Assembly (NCBI GenBank): GCA_032718475.1 | Contig: JAUCBJ010009072.1 | Coordinates: forward strand, 26,606-90,605 | DNA: 64,000 nt | Origin: Nemertoderma westbladi | Taxonomy: Eukaryota; Animalia; Xenacoelomorpha | Reading direction: 5' to 3' | Shown: positions 36,441-48,118 of the stretch, piece by piece | Position numbering within the stretch: position 1 is the stretch's first letter | Layout of the letters: every line of letters starts with the position of its first letter | Translations under genes and position numbers: made by a program | Notes under the pieces: model-generated | Seen by the model: only the letters and a program-made list of their open reading frames with translations | The model's database searches: none | What the model was told of the DNA's origin: nothing

Positions 36441-36955
36441 GATAGACTTTGCTGATGACTTAGGAGTACTCTCAGAATCATTAGAGGGAGCCCAACGGCT
36501 CCTCAGCTCATTAGAACATTCTGCTTCTAGTGTTGGTCTTTTTATTACCTCCAGAAAGACCACAATTTTGACAGTTAACTTTGAAAGTCCTCAGCAAGTC
36601 TCTGATCGGATGAGCATAAGCTCAAAGGATGGTATGCTTGAGCATGTGGACAACTTCTGTTACCTGGGATCATGGATCCGGAAGTCAGGTGAGGACCTTC
36701 GAATACGTAAGGGAAAGGCATGGGCAGCCTTGAATAGGCTTTCCAGGATTTGGAAGTCACCGAGAATTAATCGGAAACTCAAGGTCCGATTATTTAGAGC
36801 AGCAGTAGTTCCAGTACTCCTCTACGAGAGTCCATGCTGGGCTCTAACTGCTGAGGACACCAAATCTCTGGATGGCACATTCACAAGAATGCTACGCCGG
36901 GTTCATTGTGTCAAGTACAATGCACACATTAGTTTGGAAACCTCAATGTTGATCA
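36441..36955 (+). mobile_element. RTE-clade LINE reverse-transcriptase C-terminal fragment
   Basis: IDFADDL, VDNFCYLGSWI, KAWAALNRLSRIWKS, LKVRLFRA and LDGTFTRMLRR motifs. Confidence 0.85.
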
Positions 36956-37390
36956 CATGAGGATTTTCGAATGGGTGGAATGTCTGAAAGATTAAATACA
37001 CTTTTCCCATTTCGTTGTTTGTAATAAAATAAGCTGAATATTGTCATATCCTACTGTACATATACTGTACAGTATGTACTAGAGACCACAAACCGCGTCT
37101 ATATGATTACGTTGATCAACGTCTGCAATTCTCTACCCTAGTGTGATGAATTATTATTTCTACTACTGTAAGATCTGTAATGTACAGTATAACGATCTTA
37201 TCGATTCTCATACTGTAGAGATCTTGTCCATTCTGGCATCGGCTGTATGTGAAGATCATAATAAGTTCCTTGCAGAAATTCCCTTGACCTGTACAGATCT
37301 TACCAGATCCCCTTTCAGTTTATCAAAAATGTTCTAAAATTATTGCTGTTGTTTCGTTAAAAATTAATTAATATAAAGGCCATAAAGTTC

Positions 37391-37639
37391 GCCCATGTGA
37401 ATAATACCAGGATTTCACTTTTCGGTCGACATTTTATTGGAATTTTATGTATGAAGATTTTTTATTTTTTTTAATTTATCTTTTTGATACGTTTCGTTTT
37501 GATACGGCTAAATTTCGTTTATTGTTTTGGTTAGATTCAGCCCTTTTGAAACCTGTGATTTTAATGAAAACCTGGGATTCTTCACATGGGGGCAACTGCA
37601 AAGTGAAATATATAACGGCAGAAAGTGTTTACATGGGCC
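37391..37639. mobile_element. MITE copy 2 (same family as 30405-30669), inserted in the right arm of the foldback element
   Basis: GCCCATGTGAATAATACCAGGATTTCACTTTT...TTACATGGGC; absent from the left arm. Confidence 0.75.
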
Positions 37640-39052
37640 CAAGATCAAAATAAAGCTGCTGAAAATAATGTTACAGTTCTTTTTCTTGTATTCTATGATA
37701 CATAAAGGATAATTACATTATTATAATTGCATTAAACATACTGTATAATATAGAACTTATGTCCATTAACTTTGTACGAATTATCTGCATTGCTATTCCC
37801 ATAACAGAAGTTTCCAATGCGATTTCGTCGTTAAGGCTGTGACGGTGACCCTCCTGTGTATCAATACCGTTTTCATTTTCACCACAATCCCACAGCGCCA
37901 GTTTAGTTTTATACTGTAGCTTGGATCGTTCGTCAATAGTCTCTGCGTCTCTCCTTTGTATATTTATTGCTAAATTCATCAATTATTCTAGAACAACCTG
38001 CAATAAATATAAAACGTTAGTTTGTTATTTTCATAATTGCTCAGCAGTGGGGGCAACATACAGTACATGAAACATTTAAAAGCTCATATCTAAGCAATTC
38101 CTCGAAGAGTTTGTTACTGTACATATTGTAATTTGTGGAAGTTTGGTGCCATACAGTAGATATAGTTTGGTGTAAGTTGGATGCAGAGTGGAAGTGCAGT
38201 GGAAGTTGTGTGTAGTGGGGTGGAACTGTGTGGGTGTAGTTGGCTGAAAGTTGGGTGAAAGTTGGGTGTAGTTGGGTGAAAGTTGGGTGTAGTTGGGTGA
38301 AAGTTGGGTGTAGTTGGGTGTTTAGGCTGACCGGGTACAGTCAGCCAGTTAGAGGTTTTGTGCAGCCAGATGAAATCTCACTTTTTTCCAGCCAGTTCAT
38401 AGAAACACCAGCCCGCATCTGGCTGGTCTGGATATCAACTGGCTGGCCTATTGCAGTTCCGTTATCGGGCTGCTTTGTTCAGTATGATTTGAAGGAGTTA
38501 ACCCTCTCCAGCTCTGATAAATGATTGACAGACTTTCTTGTGATGTAGCCGCAATGCTTGACAGATTTTCTTGTGATATAGCCGCAATGCTTGCAGGTGT
38601 TCTTGTGATGTAGCCGCTCTGTGGGAGGTTGGGTATAACTGAAATAGAGGCGCCCCTTGGTGCTTGGTGCTGTGCCTGGATTACAACTGTGAACTGTAGA
38701 TGCTGAATTAACCTTACGTTAAGTTTGTAAGTTGTAATAATAAGTTGATTTTGTGTTAAAGTTTAAAATGCGTTAAATTATGCAGCGTTATCTGTTTGTG
38801 CTTTGGATGTAACTTTTCCTCTCTCATAAGTAAGCCATAAGCTGGCTGCTACTGATAGACAATAGACATTGTGACATGGCACATGGCTTATGAAAAGATT
38901 CATAATTGAATAATCTAAATACATGGATGGCAATTAACCTTATACATATTACATAATAAAGTAATAAACTTACATAACATATTACCCAATAAAGTAATTA
39001 ACCTTACATATTACCTAATAAAGTAATTAACCTTACTTTACCTTACATATTA

Positions 39053-40301
39053 TGTAAAAGCTTCTGTGGGATCTAACTGGCCCCTTTTGCTTCGCAATCC
39101 AGTTTCCCCCCAGGCGCTGGAATACTCTAAAAAGGTTCTCTAACTGTATATATATTCCCCTCGCCCGCAAGGTACCGTTACAGGTGTTTTAACGGACATA
39201 AAAGTCATTCTGCTATATACGTGTTTTGGCGGACATGGTAAGGCAAAAAACCTGTAATGCACCAACTACCTTTCACAGCTTAGCCGTGATGATTCATATT
39301 ACGACATCTAACAGCTGGTTGCTGACATGGAAACAGCCATTGGATGCATGGTTCTTTGTTTGGCTTGAGCCAATCAGAGCGATTTTTCCTGTCGACGTGT
39401 AGCTTTTCGGTCGATCATAAGGAGAGTGTTCAGTCTTACTGCTTTTACTTGATACTTTGTTGTTATTGCTGTCTAAGCCAGAAACACCGGCTTTTTGGGA
39501 AGAACTCTAGTAAACTGCTTAAATTATCGAAAGTATAAACTGTTACCTACTAACTAATCTCAATAACTCACTAATTAACATGCTCACTTAATTTAATTGC
39601 ATTAATCATATTGTTTGTACTGTTATTTTACCGTCAGTTATTAATTGTACCTATTTGTTGATGGAAATATTGCTCTTTGGATAATACGGATAAATCACCC
39701 AAATTCCCAATTTTCTTGATACACTACAGGTTAGAGAGACCGGCTATACATAACAATTGCGATTTATATTAATGTGGTGTGTATTGAATCCAATGTTATT
39801 TAGCAGACCCTACGTGAGTCAATTGCTGCTCTCTTTATGTGTGATCAAATATACTGACTGTCGGCAGAATAGTGTGTATGATTGTGATTGGTAACAAAGT
39901 ATTTCCTAAAGAATACGCTTTATACTTCAATCATAAGCAGTATCGTTGCGTTTTAGTATAAGTCTTAGTTCTGTTTAAATAGATAAAGCGCCACGTCCTA
40001 AAGGAACTGTTAATATTTCCCGAAAGCCAATAATATCTGTCAGAGATTAATTATTAACGATCTATCGAATAATACAGTAGGTATACACTGCAACCTTACA
40101 CTGCAATAATAAAATTTAAGCATCCGAATTCAGTCTCCCGGGTGTAGATCCATCGGGTGAATGATCGCGCATGGGCTGACTTCGGCTAGTGTTTTGCGTA
40201 TTAGCATAAAATATTGTCGTATGCTAAAGTGGTTTTAATTAACGAAAAGACATATAAATTTTGGCAGGTTAAACTGCTAAAGGTCTTCAAAAGCGCGAAC
40301 A
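39053..40301 (+). repeat. 5' LTR
   Basis: TGTAAAAGCTTC...GCGCGAACA; equal in length to 49646-50894 and matching wherever compared by eye. Confidence 0.97.
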
Positions 40302-40589
40302 GTAACAGTTTATAATCTTATTGCAGTAGGCAATAGGGTTGCAAAATACCGTAGTGACTGGTAAAACTGAACCGGTGCTTCTGTAGGTCAGTAGGCCTAA
40401 CTGTCATCACCGGTACCGGTACTGCTGTACAAGTACATTTAGTATTATTTGATTTTGATTGTTGTATACTGGTAGGTCTTAGTACTTAATCAGGGACTGC
40501 AGCCCTGAATTTTTATTGAGATTTTACCTATTTCTGTTGGTTTTATTTCCTAGTAGGCTAATATTGAGCAGAAGGCGTGTGACCCTGCT

Positions 40590-41170
40590 CAGATTGTTCA
40601 GATAATTGTAGGCTGAGCTGCTGTCTGACTGTGTTGAGTTTGGAGAGATTACGGCGTGTGTAGAGTTTGTCTGATAAAGTGCCGTTAGTAAGTTGGGGCA
40701 GCCATATGCGGTAAGGTCAATCCCCTCTTAAAGAATAAGTCGTACTACCGTGTTAGAACGCATACTAACTAACAGTTTCAGAGTCTGCATATACTGTAGT
40801 TTATTTAGGCTTGATCGTAGTCTGCCAGTGTTTTAGCCTGTGTTTGTTTGTGTGGTCTGTTCAGGTACCGTAATAGTTATTACTCAAATATTTTGTAGGC
40901 TAGATTGTTGTCTAGCTATTCTTAGGCCTGAAGGGATTGCTGCGTGTGTAGAGTTGGTCTGATAAAGTGCCGTTAGTAAGTTGGGGCAGCCATAAGCTGT
41001 AAGGTCAATCCCCTCTTAAAGAGTAAGTCGTACTACCGTGTTAGAACGCATACTAACTAACAGTTTCAGAATCTGCACATACTGTAGTTTGTTTAGGCTT
41101 GATAGTAGTTTGCCAGCGTTTGGTTTGTATTTGTTTGAGTATTCTGTACGGGTAGCGTAATATTTATTAT
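40590..41170 (+). repeat. Direct duplication of about 290 bp in the 5' leader of the retroelement
   Basis: GTCTGATAAAGTGCCGTTAGTAAGTTGGGGCAGCCAT...GTCGTACTACCGTGTTAGAACGC at about 40669 and 40957. Confidence 0.85.
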
Positions 41171-42481
41171 TCAGAGTTTATGCGATTATTCGCAACATTC
41201 ATGTCCCCAAGTTTATTCCTACAGTAATTGTGCTTGTTATACATACCGTTATAGTTAAATTAACCCCGGTACTACACGGGCTGCTTGGTGTAGGTAAAGA
41301 CTGGTGACTTTGTGCTTCGGTCACTCCAGCAGATGCCGTGGTTCTTTTAACTGTTCAAGTATATTTAACTGCTGATTATTTGTTATACCGGTACTTGTAC
41401 CTAATTTAGGGTTTAGTGTACAGTGCTTTCCGAAGTAATTAGTGTAGGCAGTATATTTGTGTTGTAAAGTGGTTGATAGGCACATTCGTTAGCTCTATTA
41501 GCTTCTGGGTAGGAACAATCCGTGATACATAACGTAGTACCTATAGCGATACGGTTATAGGTCGTCAGGCGGTGGTATTTTCCTATCTGGACAGTACAAT
41601 ATATTTACTACCTATTATTTCAAATACCGTAGTACCCTGTCTGTTGTAATAACCAGAATTCTAACCCTTTGTTAGGCTGGTTTGTAGACTTCCTGTAAAA
41701 TTACCCTAAAAATTTCGTACGTAATATTTTGTTGTGTTTAATTAGAGAATTAATCTCACCCATATCGTAAGTAATTTGTAGTATTAAGTAACTTAGGTAA
41801 ATTAGAATTATCTGTTTTAGTGTCTCAATAAGTAACACTTCACTGAGAGCGCACAGCTTCTGTGTAGTGACTCCCCCAGAAATAATAACATTTATTTCAA
41901 ATATTGACAAAAACCCTTTTAAAACGGGTATATATCTATTATAAATCAACTCAAACGATTTATAAATAGTAGGCCTGTCATACAACAACTAGGTCTCAAT
42001 ATCAGTTGGACTGCTGCTTAAATAACGGTAATAAAGTAAGTTAAAGTAACCAAGTAACCTAAAATATTCAGAAATTCAATTATTCTAAAAATAATTGACA
42101 TACCGGTATTTACCATAGGCTTATTATATTTATCTCTATAAATTTGAGCTGAAATCATACCGGTACTCTGTAATTAATTCAAGTTCATAATTATACTTAT
42201 ATATAATATAAGTGTAAGCTGTCTACCGGTATTCACGATAGGCCTATTATATATTTATATATATTTGTGCTAAAAATTATATACCGGTACTCTGTGACAA
42301 ATCTAGTCTGTAATAATACTTATATATTATAAGCATACCGGTATTCTAATATATTATATATATATCACGCTACACTGAGTAGCAGTATCGGTAATTAATT
42401 ATTAGGCTAACAGTGATACGGAATTACTAGACTTACTTTAACTGTATTTATAGCCGTAGGCATTCAACTGTGTAAACAAAC

Positions 42482-45400
42482 ATGTCAGATTCAACCAAAT
42501 CACTGTCAGATAGTCTCTTAGAAAGTGTTAGAATGAGTATTAGACTTAGACAGCGTATTAAAAGGATCCGTGACCAAGATCCAAGTATAGAACATCCTAG
42601 ATCCAAGTCTAAGTCACCTACTATTGTAAGAAAGGCCATCCCTACAGTAGTAGTGTCAGACCCTAGGCTAGTAGAACAACGTAGGTCTATCATCGGCACT
42701 CGGGCCCAAGTCAAGCGGGATCAAGAAGCAGCTGTCAAGCAGCAGCAACATCCTAGCCAAGAACCTAGTTCTCAGCGGCCCGATAGCTCCAGTAGTTCGG
42801 ATACTGTTGAGCGGACGCCCGAACGCAGAGCGGAGATGGCGGATACGGTTTATGATGAGCGGCCAACCTATGAAGAATCAACCGACGCCACTTCTTCTCA
42901 AGTGGAAAGCGAAGTGGAAAGCGAATTAACAGCAGCAGAGAAGCCGCGAACTAGAGACGCCATTGACATCTACCTATCCGACTATCAGCGATTCTTAGGA
43001 GACGAAGAGTTGAGGAGACGACTGTCTGGACTTTCCCCCAATAGTGAAGGAGCCAAGTTTGTGTTGGACGCAATAGATGTGGAAATGTTGGCAGCGAATA
43101 GAGCGGAAATTGATGAAAGAATCCGCATCGTTAGAGAATGGGAACAACAGTTGAAGAAAAAACAGATAGAGGACAGAAAGACAGCGGCAATAGCAGTGGC
43201 CGAAGCGGAACGGAGGGCATCTAAAGAAAAGGTCCAACTAGAGTTGGAGAATCTTCAAGAGAAGCGCGATTACTTAAATAAACAGATAACGGCTAGTGAT
43301 ATGCAGCTGATAAGTCGGACTACTTACAAGAGACAGGGATTTACATCCTCTGATGAAGGAGATACAACAGATACTGAAGGCAAAGGAAATAGATCTCGTC
43401 TAAGCAGACGTGGAAGAACATCCCACCGTCATAAATTGCCTGATTTGCCTCCAGCTGTTAGAAGGCAACTAAATAACACCAACTTAGGTAGTACAGAACC
43501 CATAGACCAGGTGGTTAAAATAGAAAGACTTCCTACAATAGTTGATGAGCCTGAAATAATTAGGCCTGTCGTTCCCAAAGTCACTTCTGTGTTAGAGACC
43601 CCTGTACTTCCAGAGCTTAACTCTAAATTCCCTTTACATAGTACTACACTGCCTGTACCCGGTGGAACAGTCCAAGAGAATATCCCTGTCCAGATAGCAG
43701 AGAGAGAAATCAATAAATTGTCTCCCGTCGTCCCGCGTCAGCCCGCTACTATGTTGGCGACTCCCGCTTCGGCGGTTGAGTGGGTGGAAGAGGGACGGCG
43801 GGGGATGAATCTCCTGCTAGGACAGATGCAGGAGACTGTCCACCAACTTAAGGGAACAGTGAGGGAAAGTAGAGCAGAGTTGCAGGAAGTGCAGCAAAGT
43901 ATCGCGCTAGAATGCGACAAATTAGTCAATATACAAAAGGGCATACCAATACCCCCTGTAACATTGTGTCAACCTGTTAGGTCTGAAGTATTACATGCGC
44001 AAGGTGTGGAGCCTACACGCATCTATACTGCTAGTGAAGTTGAAACTCCTATAGCAAACCCTATTAAGGGTGATTATAGACCTGTTATTAATGATATTCC
44101 CTATAGACCTGATAATGATCCGAGAAATTTGTATACCGATAATTCGATATTAAATAACACGATGGCCCAAGAAAGCTTTACGCGTCAGATGGCTAGAACA
44201 GAAGCCCGCCAAGCGGTCAAAGTGGGAGAGATCGTCAAATTCAATGGAGATGAGATGAAATGGTTACCTTTCAACGAATATTACAAAGATAGCATACAGA
44301 ACTCTGTATTATCTAACGGAGAGAAACTTAGATTCCTCATCAAGTGCTTGGAAGGACCTCCCAAGTTAATGGCGTTAAAGTTTATTGGACATCCAGATGG
44401 ATTAAGACAAGTTTGGGATACATTAAACATCAGGTATGGTAACAAGGATAACATAGCTAAGTATTTGTATGCAAAATTAGTAGCCCCCCGACACTTCCTT
44501 AGTAGCGAGATTATAGAGTTTGCCGATGAGATTCAAGAGATCTGTAGACAACTGGACTGGTTAGGTAAGTCGCATGAATATCAGAGTTCCATGGTCCTTG
44601 GAGCCGTAGTCTCTGCTTTACCAAAGGGTGGAGTATGTACACGCTGGGACAAGAAAGTGTTGTACATGAATGAACAACAACGACGAAGTCCTACCATGGA
44701 TGACCTCATGTCCTTCTTAGATAGTGAAGTAAAATTACAACTCATAAGGCAGTCCAGAGAGAAAACATCGGAAAATAAGGTAAGTGAGAAACCCGTTTCT
44801 AGGAGAAGGATAATACCAGTGTGTTATACTGACGACGGCGAAAGCCAAGCTTCTCAAGAAGAGGACAGCGGGAAAGACACAGCAAAATCTTACTATGACA
44901 ACAAGACCTATAAAGACGTAAGTAAATACAAGTCTCGAACCAGTGACAGGAGAGAACAGGTAACAACAACTCCTCCTACGTCTCCTAAGAGAATTCACGG
45001 AAGAAAGCCCGAAGAAAGAACGAGAGTGCATAACGTTACCCAAGGTAAGGTGAGTGACATCAAACCAAAATGTGCGCTGTGCGACGGGCCTCACCGTTTG
45101 AGTGCGTGTGCTGAATTTCTAAAGAAATCCCCTGTAGACAGACGTACAGTCCTGTGGAATAAGCGGCTATGCTATAATTGCCTCAGATCAGGACACCAAC
45201 GGCGAACCTGTTACTCCGACGTAAAGTGTGCAAAGTGTGGCGCGAAACATCACATCTTGTTACACAGTGAGTTCGAACGAGACAACCCGAGTCAGGTAAG
45301 TGAGCCCGAACTACATGTCCAATTCAGTGATGTGAACGACACTGACCAAGGTTCTGAGTGGGAAGGATTCTATACAGACGAATTCTCCGATGCCAACGAA

Positions 45401-46498
45401 TCCTGTTATCTAATAAATACCACAGTGTATCGAGCACTTACGGATGAAAAGGACACTGACGAGTTTACTCCAACTCATTTTGACAAACAACCATCTTGGA
45501 AAGTTCCAACTTCCAACATAGGAATAAGAGAATTTCCTGTAGTGCAAGTTCGAGTTCATGGTCCCAACAAGAGTTACATAGTGAACGCCCTACTTGACTC
45601 CGGCAGCACAGGAACATTCATCGATCAAGAACTAGCCGAAGATATCTTTGCTGGACAACCCAAGTTCCGGACTAAATTGAATATGTCAGGAATTATGCAG
45701 GTTTGGAAATCTACCCTAACGGCAGATTACTATGTAGGTGTGTTGTCCACCCCCCAGGATAAGTTAGGGACACAAGGTATAAAGTCAGTAAAAATGGTGG
45801 CTATAAAGAACTTTGCTACTACTCAAGCAGAACCTTATAACTGGGACGAGGACGAGTGCATCCAACACCTTGAGATACCTCGATTCCAAACCGATTATCC
45901 TGGAGTGCAAATACTCATCGGCCAAAACGCGCATGAGGCGCTCGAGCCATTAGAGAAACGGCCTGCTCAACCACAGCCACTACAAACCTATGCGGTAAGA
46001 ACTAGAGTAGGTTGGTACTTCACTGGCCCTTCCCGTAGAACTCTCAAAGAGAGATTACCTCAACAACAGGTATACCAAGTAAAGGGGGAAGTGGAGAGCA
46101 GTGATGTGGATGATCCAACTGAGGGAACACCATACTCCTCAGATAATGACGATATTAACTCCAATGTAGATCAATGGAGACATTGCCTTGGGACGATTAA
46201 TCCAGCCGACATCGCTTCCAGAGGAGCAACTCCTCAAGAACTGATAGATACTCCAGGCTGGTTAGGTGGATCCGACTCCTTAAGTAAAGAAGAAGAAGAA
46301 TGGCCTCCTCATCTTACCCCGGCAGAAATTAGACAGGCCAAGGGAGCGGAGAAAGTAACACAACAACTCAATCGCCCAGCTAGTCGTTTATGTTTACTGG
46401 AAAGAGACCGAAAACTGTCCGGAAACTATGGAAGGCAAGATACTCTTCCTACGACCACTTCCCTAATCCGACAAATATCTAGGGACTCCATAACGTAA
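42482..46498 (+). CDS. BEL/Pao Gag-protease polyprotein (1338 aa) with an RNase H C-terminal remnant; RT and integrase absent
   Basis: DUF1759-like KFNGDEMKWLPF...EKLRFLIKCLEG; CCHC cluster CALCDGPH...CYNCLRSGHQRRTC...CAKCGAKHH; protease ALLDSGSTGTFI; QWRHCLGTINPADIASRG...EEWP. No YVDD or integrase motif. Confidence 0.92.
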   Translation: MSDSTKSLSDSLLESVRMSIRLRQRIKRIRDQDPSIEHPRSKSKSPTIVRKAIPTVVVSDPRLVEQRRSIIGTRAQVKRDQEAAVKQQQHPSQEPSSQRPDSSSSSDTVERTPERRAEMADTVYDERPTYEESTDATSSQVESEVESELTAAEKPRTRDAIDIYLSDYQRFLGDEELRRRLSGLSPNSEGAKFVLDAIDVEMLAANRAEIDERIRIVREWEQQLKKKQIEDRKTAAIAVAEAERRASKEKVQLELENLQEKRDYLNKQITASDMQLISRTTYKRQGFTSSDEGDTTDTEGKGNRSRLSRRGRTSHRHKLPDLPPAVRRQLNNTNLGSTEPIDQVVKIERLPTIVDEPEIIRPVVPKVTSVLETPVLPELNSKFPLHSTTLPVPGGTVQENIPVQIAEREINKLSPVVPRQPATMLATPASAVEWVEEGRRGMNLLLGQMQETVHQLKGTVRESRAELQEVQQSIALECDKLVNIQKGIPIPPVTLCQPVRSEVLHAQGVEPTRIYTASEVETPIANPIKGDYRPVINDIPYRPDNDPRNLYTDNSILNNTMAQESFTRQMARTEARQAVKVGEIVKFNGDEMKWLPFNEYYKDSIQNSVLSNGEKLRFLIKCLEGPPKLMALKFIGHPDGLRQVWDTLNIRYGNKDNIAKYLYAKLVAPRHFLSSEIIEFADEIQEICRQLDWLGKSHEYQSSMVLGAVVSALPKGGVCTRWDKKVLYMNEQQRRSPTMDDLMSFLDSEVKLQLIRQSREKTSENKVSEKPVSRRRIIPVCYTDDGESQASQEEDSGKDTAKSYYDNKTYKDVSKYKSRTSDRREQVTTTPPTSPKRIHGRKPEERTRVHNVTQGKVSDIKPKCALCDGPHRLSACAEFLKKSPVDRRTVLWNKRLCYNCLRSGHQRRTCYSDVKCAKCGAKHHILLHSEFERDNPSQVSEPELHVQFSDVNDTDQGSEWEGFYTDEFSDANESCYLINTTVYRALTDEKDTDEFTPTHFDKQPSWKVPTSNIGIREFPVVQVRVHGPNKSYIVNALLDSGSTGTFIDQELAEDIFAGQPKFRTKLNMSGIMQVWKSTLTADYYVGVLSTPQDKLGTQGIKSVKMVAIKNFATTQAEPYNWDEDECIQHLEIPRFQTDYPGVQILIGQNAHEALEPLEKRPAQPQPLQTYAVRTRVGWYFTGPSRRTLKERLPQQQVYQVKGEVESSDVDDPTEGTPYSSDNDDINSNVDQWRHCLGTINPADIASRGATPQELIDTPGWLGGSDSLSKEEEEWPPHLTPAEIRQAKGAEKVTQQLNRPASRLCLLERDRKLSGNYGRQDTLPTTTSLIRQISRDSIT

Positions 46499-47019
46499 TA
46501 ACATATGGAGTGGGCGTGTGACTATATCATTTTATATTTGTTTTTATTTTATATTTATGTATGTATTATTATGTAATTTTATTATAATCGTTTTCTTTAA
46601 TTTTATTTAGTAAAATGTTATTTTAGAATGTTTAGTAGATTAGTGCAATATATTAGTGTTTATTACGTACATAATTACTTATAATATATATTTAGTGCGA
46701 CGGCAAGAAGTAATTATTTTCTCTTTCCTTACTGTCCGTATTATATTATAAATGCGAGACTATAGTAAGATGACATGTCAGTACTTCTTAAAGTACAATA
46801 AAGCCACTACTATATTTAAGTATTATTGGTAGGCAGAGTATTAGGAATGCAAAGTTCAGATCCTCGTGTCTCGGCTAAACCAAGCTCTGGGTAGACCTTG
46901 GAAACGACTTGCCTCTTCACACTGACATTGCTTCGTGCGATATTGCTCTTCTACCTTATAACAAATAATACATATAGTAGCGTGATGTCCCTCTAACAGT
47001 AGCGTAAATCGCAAATAAA

Positions 47020-47320
47020 TCTGTTAAACTTTTGACCATCTGTAATTCTAGTCGATTAAGATATCGTGGCACCCACCGATATACTTGAAAGACAAATTCT
47101 AGAATCAGTGGTTAACGTCCCCAGACAAGTTCTGGAATAAATCGGTGCCCATCCTAAATATTAATTTAATATTTATTAAAATCTGTAAAATTCAGATCTG
47201 TTAACAATTCTAGTCGATTAAGATATCGTAGCACTTACCGATACTCTTAAAAGACAAATTTCATAGAATTAAGGATCCTATGTCCCCAGACCTGCTCTGG
47301 AATCAAATTGTATCAATTTA
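47020..47320 (+). repeat. Imperfect direct duplication of about 160 bp in the 3' internal region
   Basis: AATTCTAGTCGATTAAGATATCGT...CCGATA...AAAGACAAATT at about 47044 and 47206. Confidence 0.75.
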
Positions 47321-48118
47321 ACATCAAATAATAAAATTCACGGGAATAAATTTAAATTCATATTCGAATGAATTTCATAAATTGTCATTTGTGCAATTTA
47401 TAACATTCCCAAAATTCCAGTAATTAATAGATCATGGGAGCGGAGATTCATATTGAGTGTACTAGAGTGCGAGAATCTCCAATATATAGTCAATAGCCGA
47501 TAAAATTTATAAAATCATGCATAAAGAGGGTATTGACAACTAAAGAATTACTATTAAATAACATCCCAGATCTGTATGCATGAGAATTACCCTAATTCTA
47601 CCGCTAGTTTTCCATAATGTCACCATGGCAACACCCACGCTAGAATTAGAAGCAAGTTAAAGGAACAATAAAAAGCTTGCCCCATTGCGTAGCATAAGAG
47701 TATATATAGCGCACTATTAGTATCCAAGGATACATAGTAATAACGTGACATTCTGGAAGACACTGACTAACGGACAAATGGCATGCATGTGTGCAGTAAG
47801 CAATGATTGTATGGAATTTGTGCGTTTATAGGTGAATGTTACTACTAAAGTGTGTTTACAGTAGCTAATCGCAATTGTAAAATAGCCCTAACTCTACCGA
47901 GATAACCTCAAGTGGATTCAAGCCTTTGGGACGGACAGTGGTGGGACTTGTGCCGGTTATCGTTGTCGTGCTGTTGCTACATGTTGGCGTAAACACTGCG
48001 ACAGCGGTACATCGGCGCTGAGAAACCCACTGTCCGGGGGCAAAAGCCTAGTAGGCAGCGACGCCCGCTTGCCTAAAATATTAACTTATATTGATATTAA
48101 TAAACTCAGATAGCAGAT

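Larger units (their letters stand above)
34302..38333. mobile_element. Foldback-type DNA transposon with inverted arms of about 900 bp and (CAACTACACC/CAACTTTCACC)n subterminal arrays
   Basis: Arms at about 34302-35210 and 37330-38333 are reverse complements; termini GGTCAGCCTAA / TTAGGCTGACC; 8-bp TSD GGTACAGT (34294-34301 and 38334-38341). Confidence 0.85.

Noticed and set aside
39344-39538. Identical 64-aa ORF here and at 49937-50131
   Set aside because: It is simply the duplicated LTR sequence, with no coding signal.
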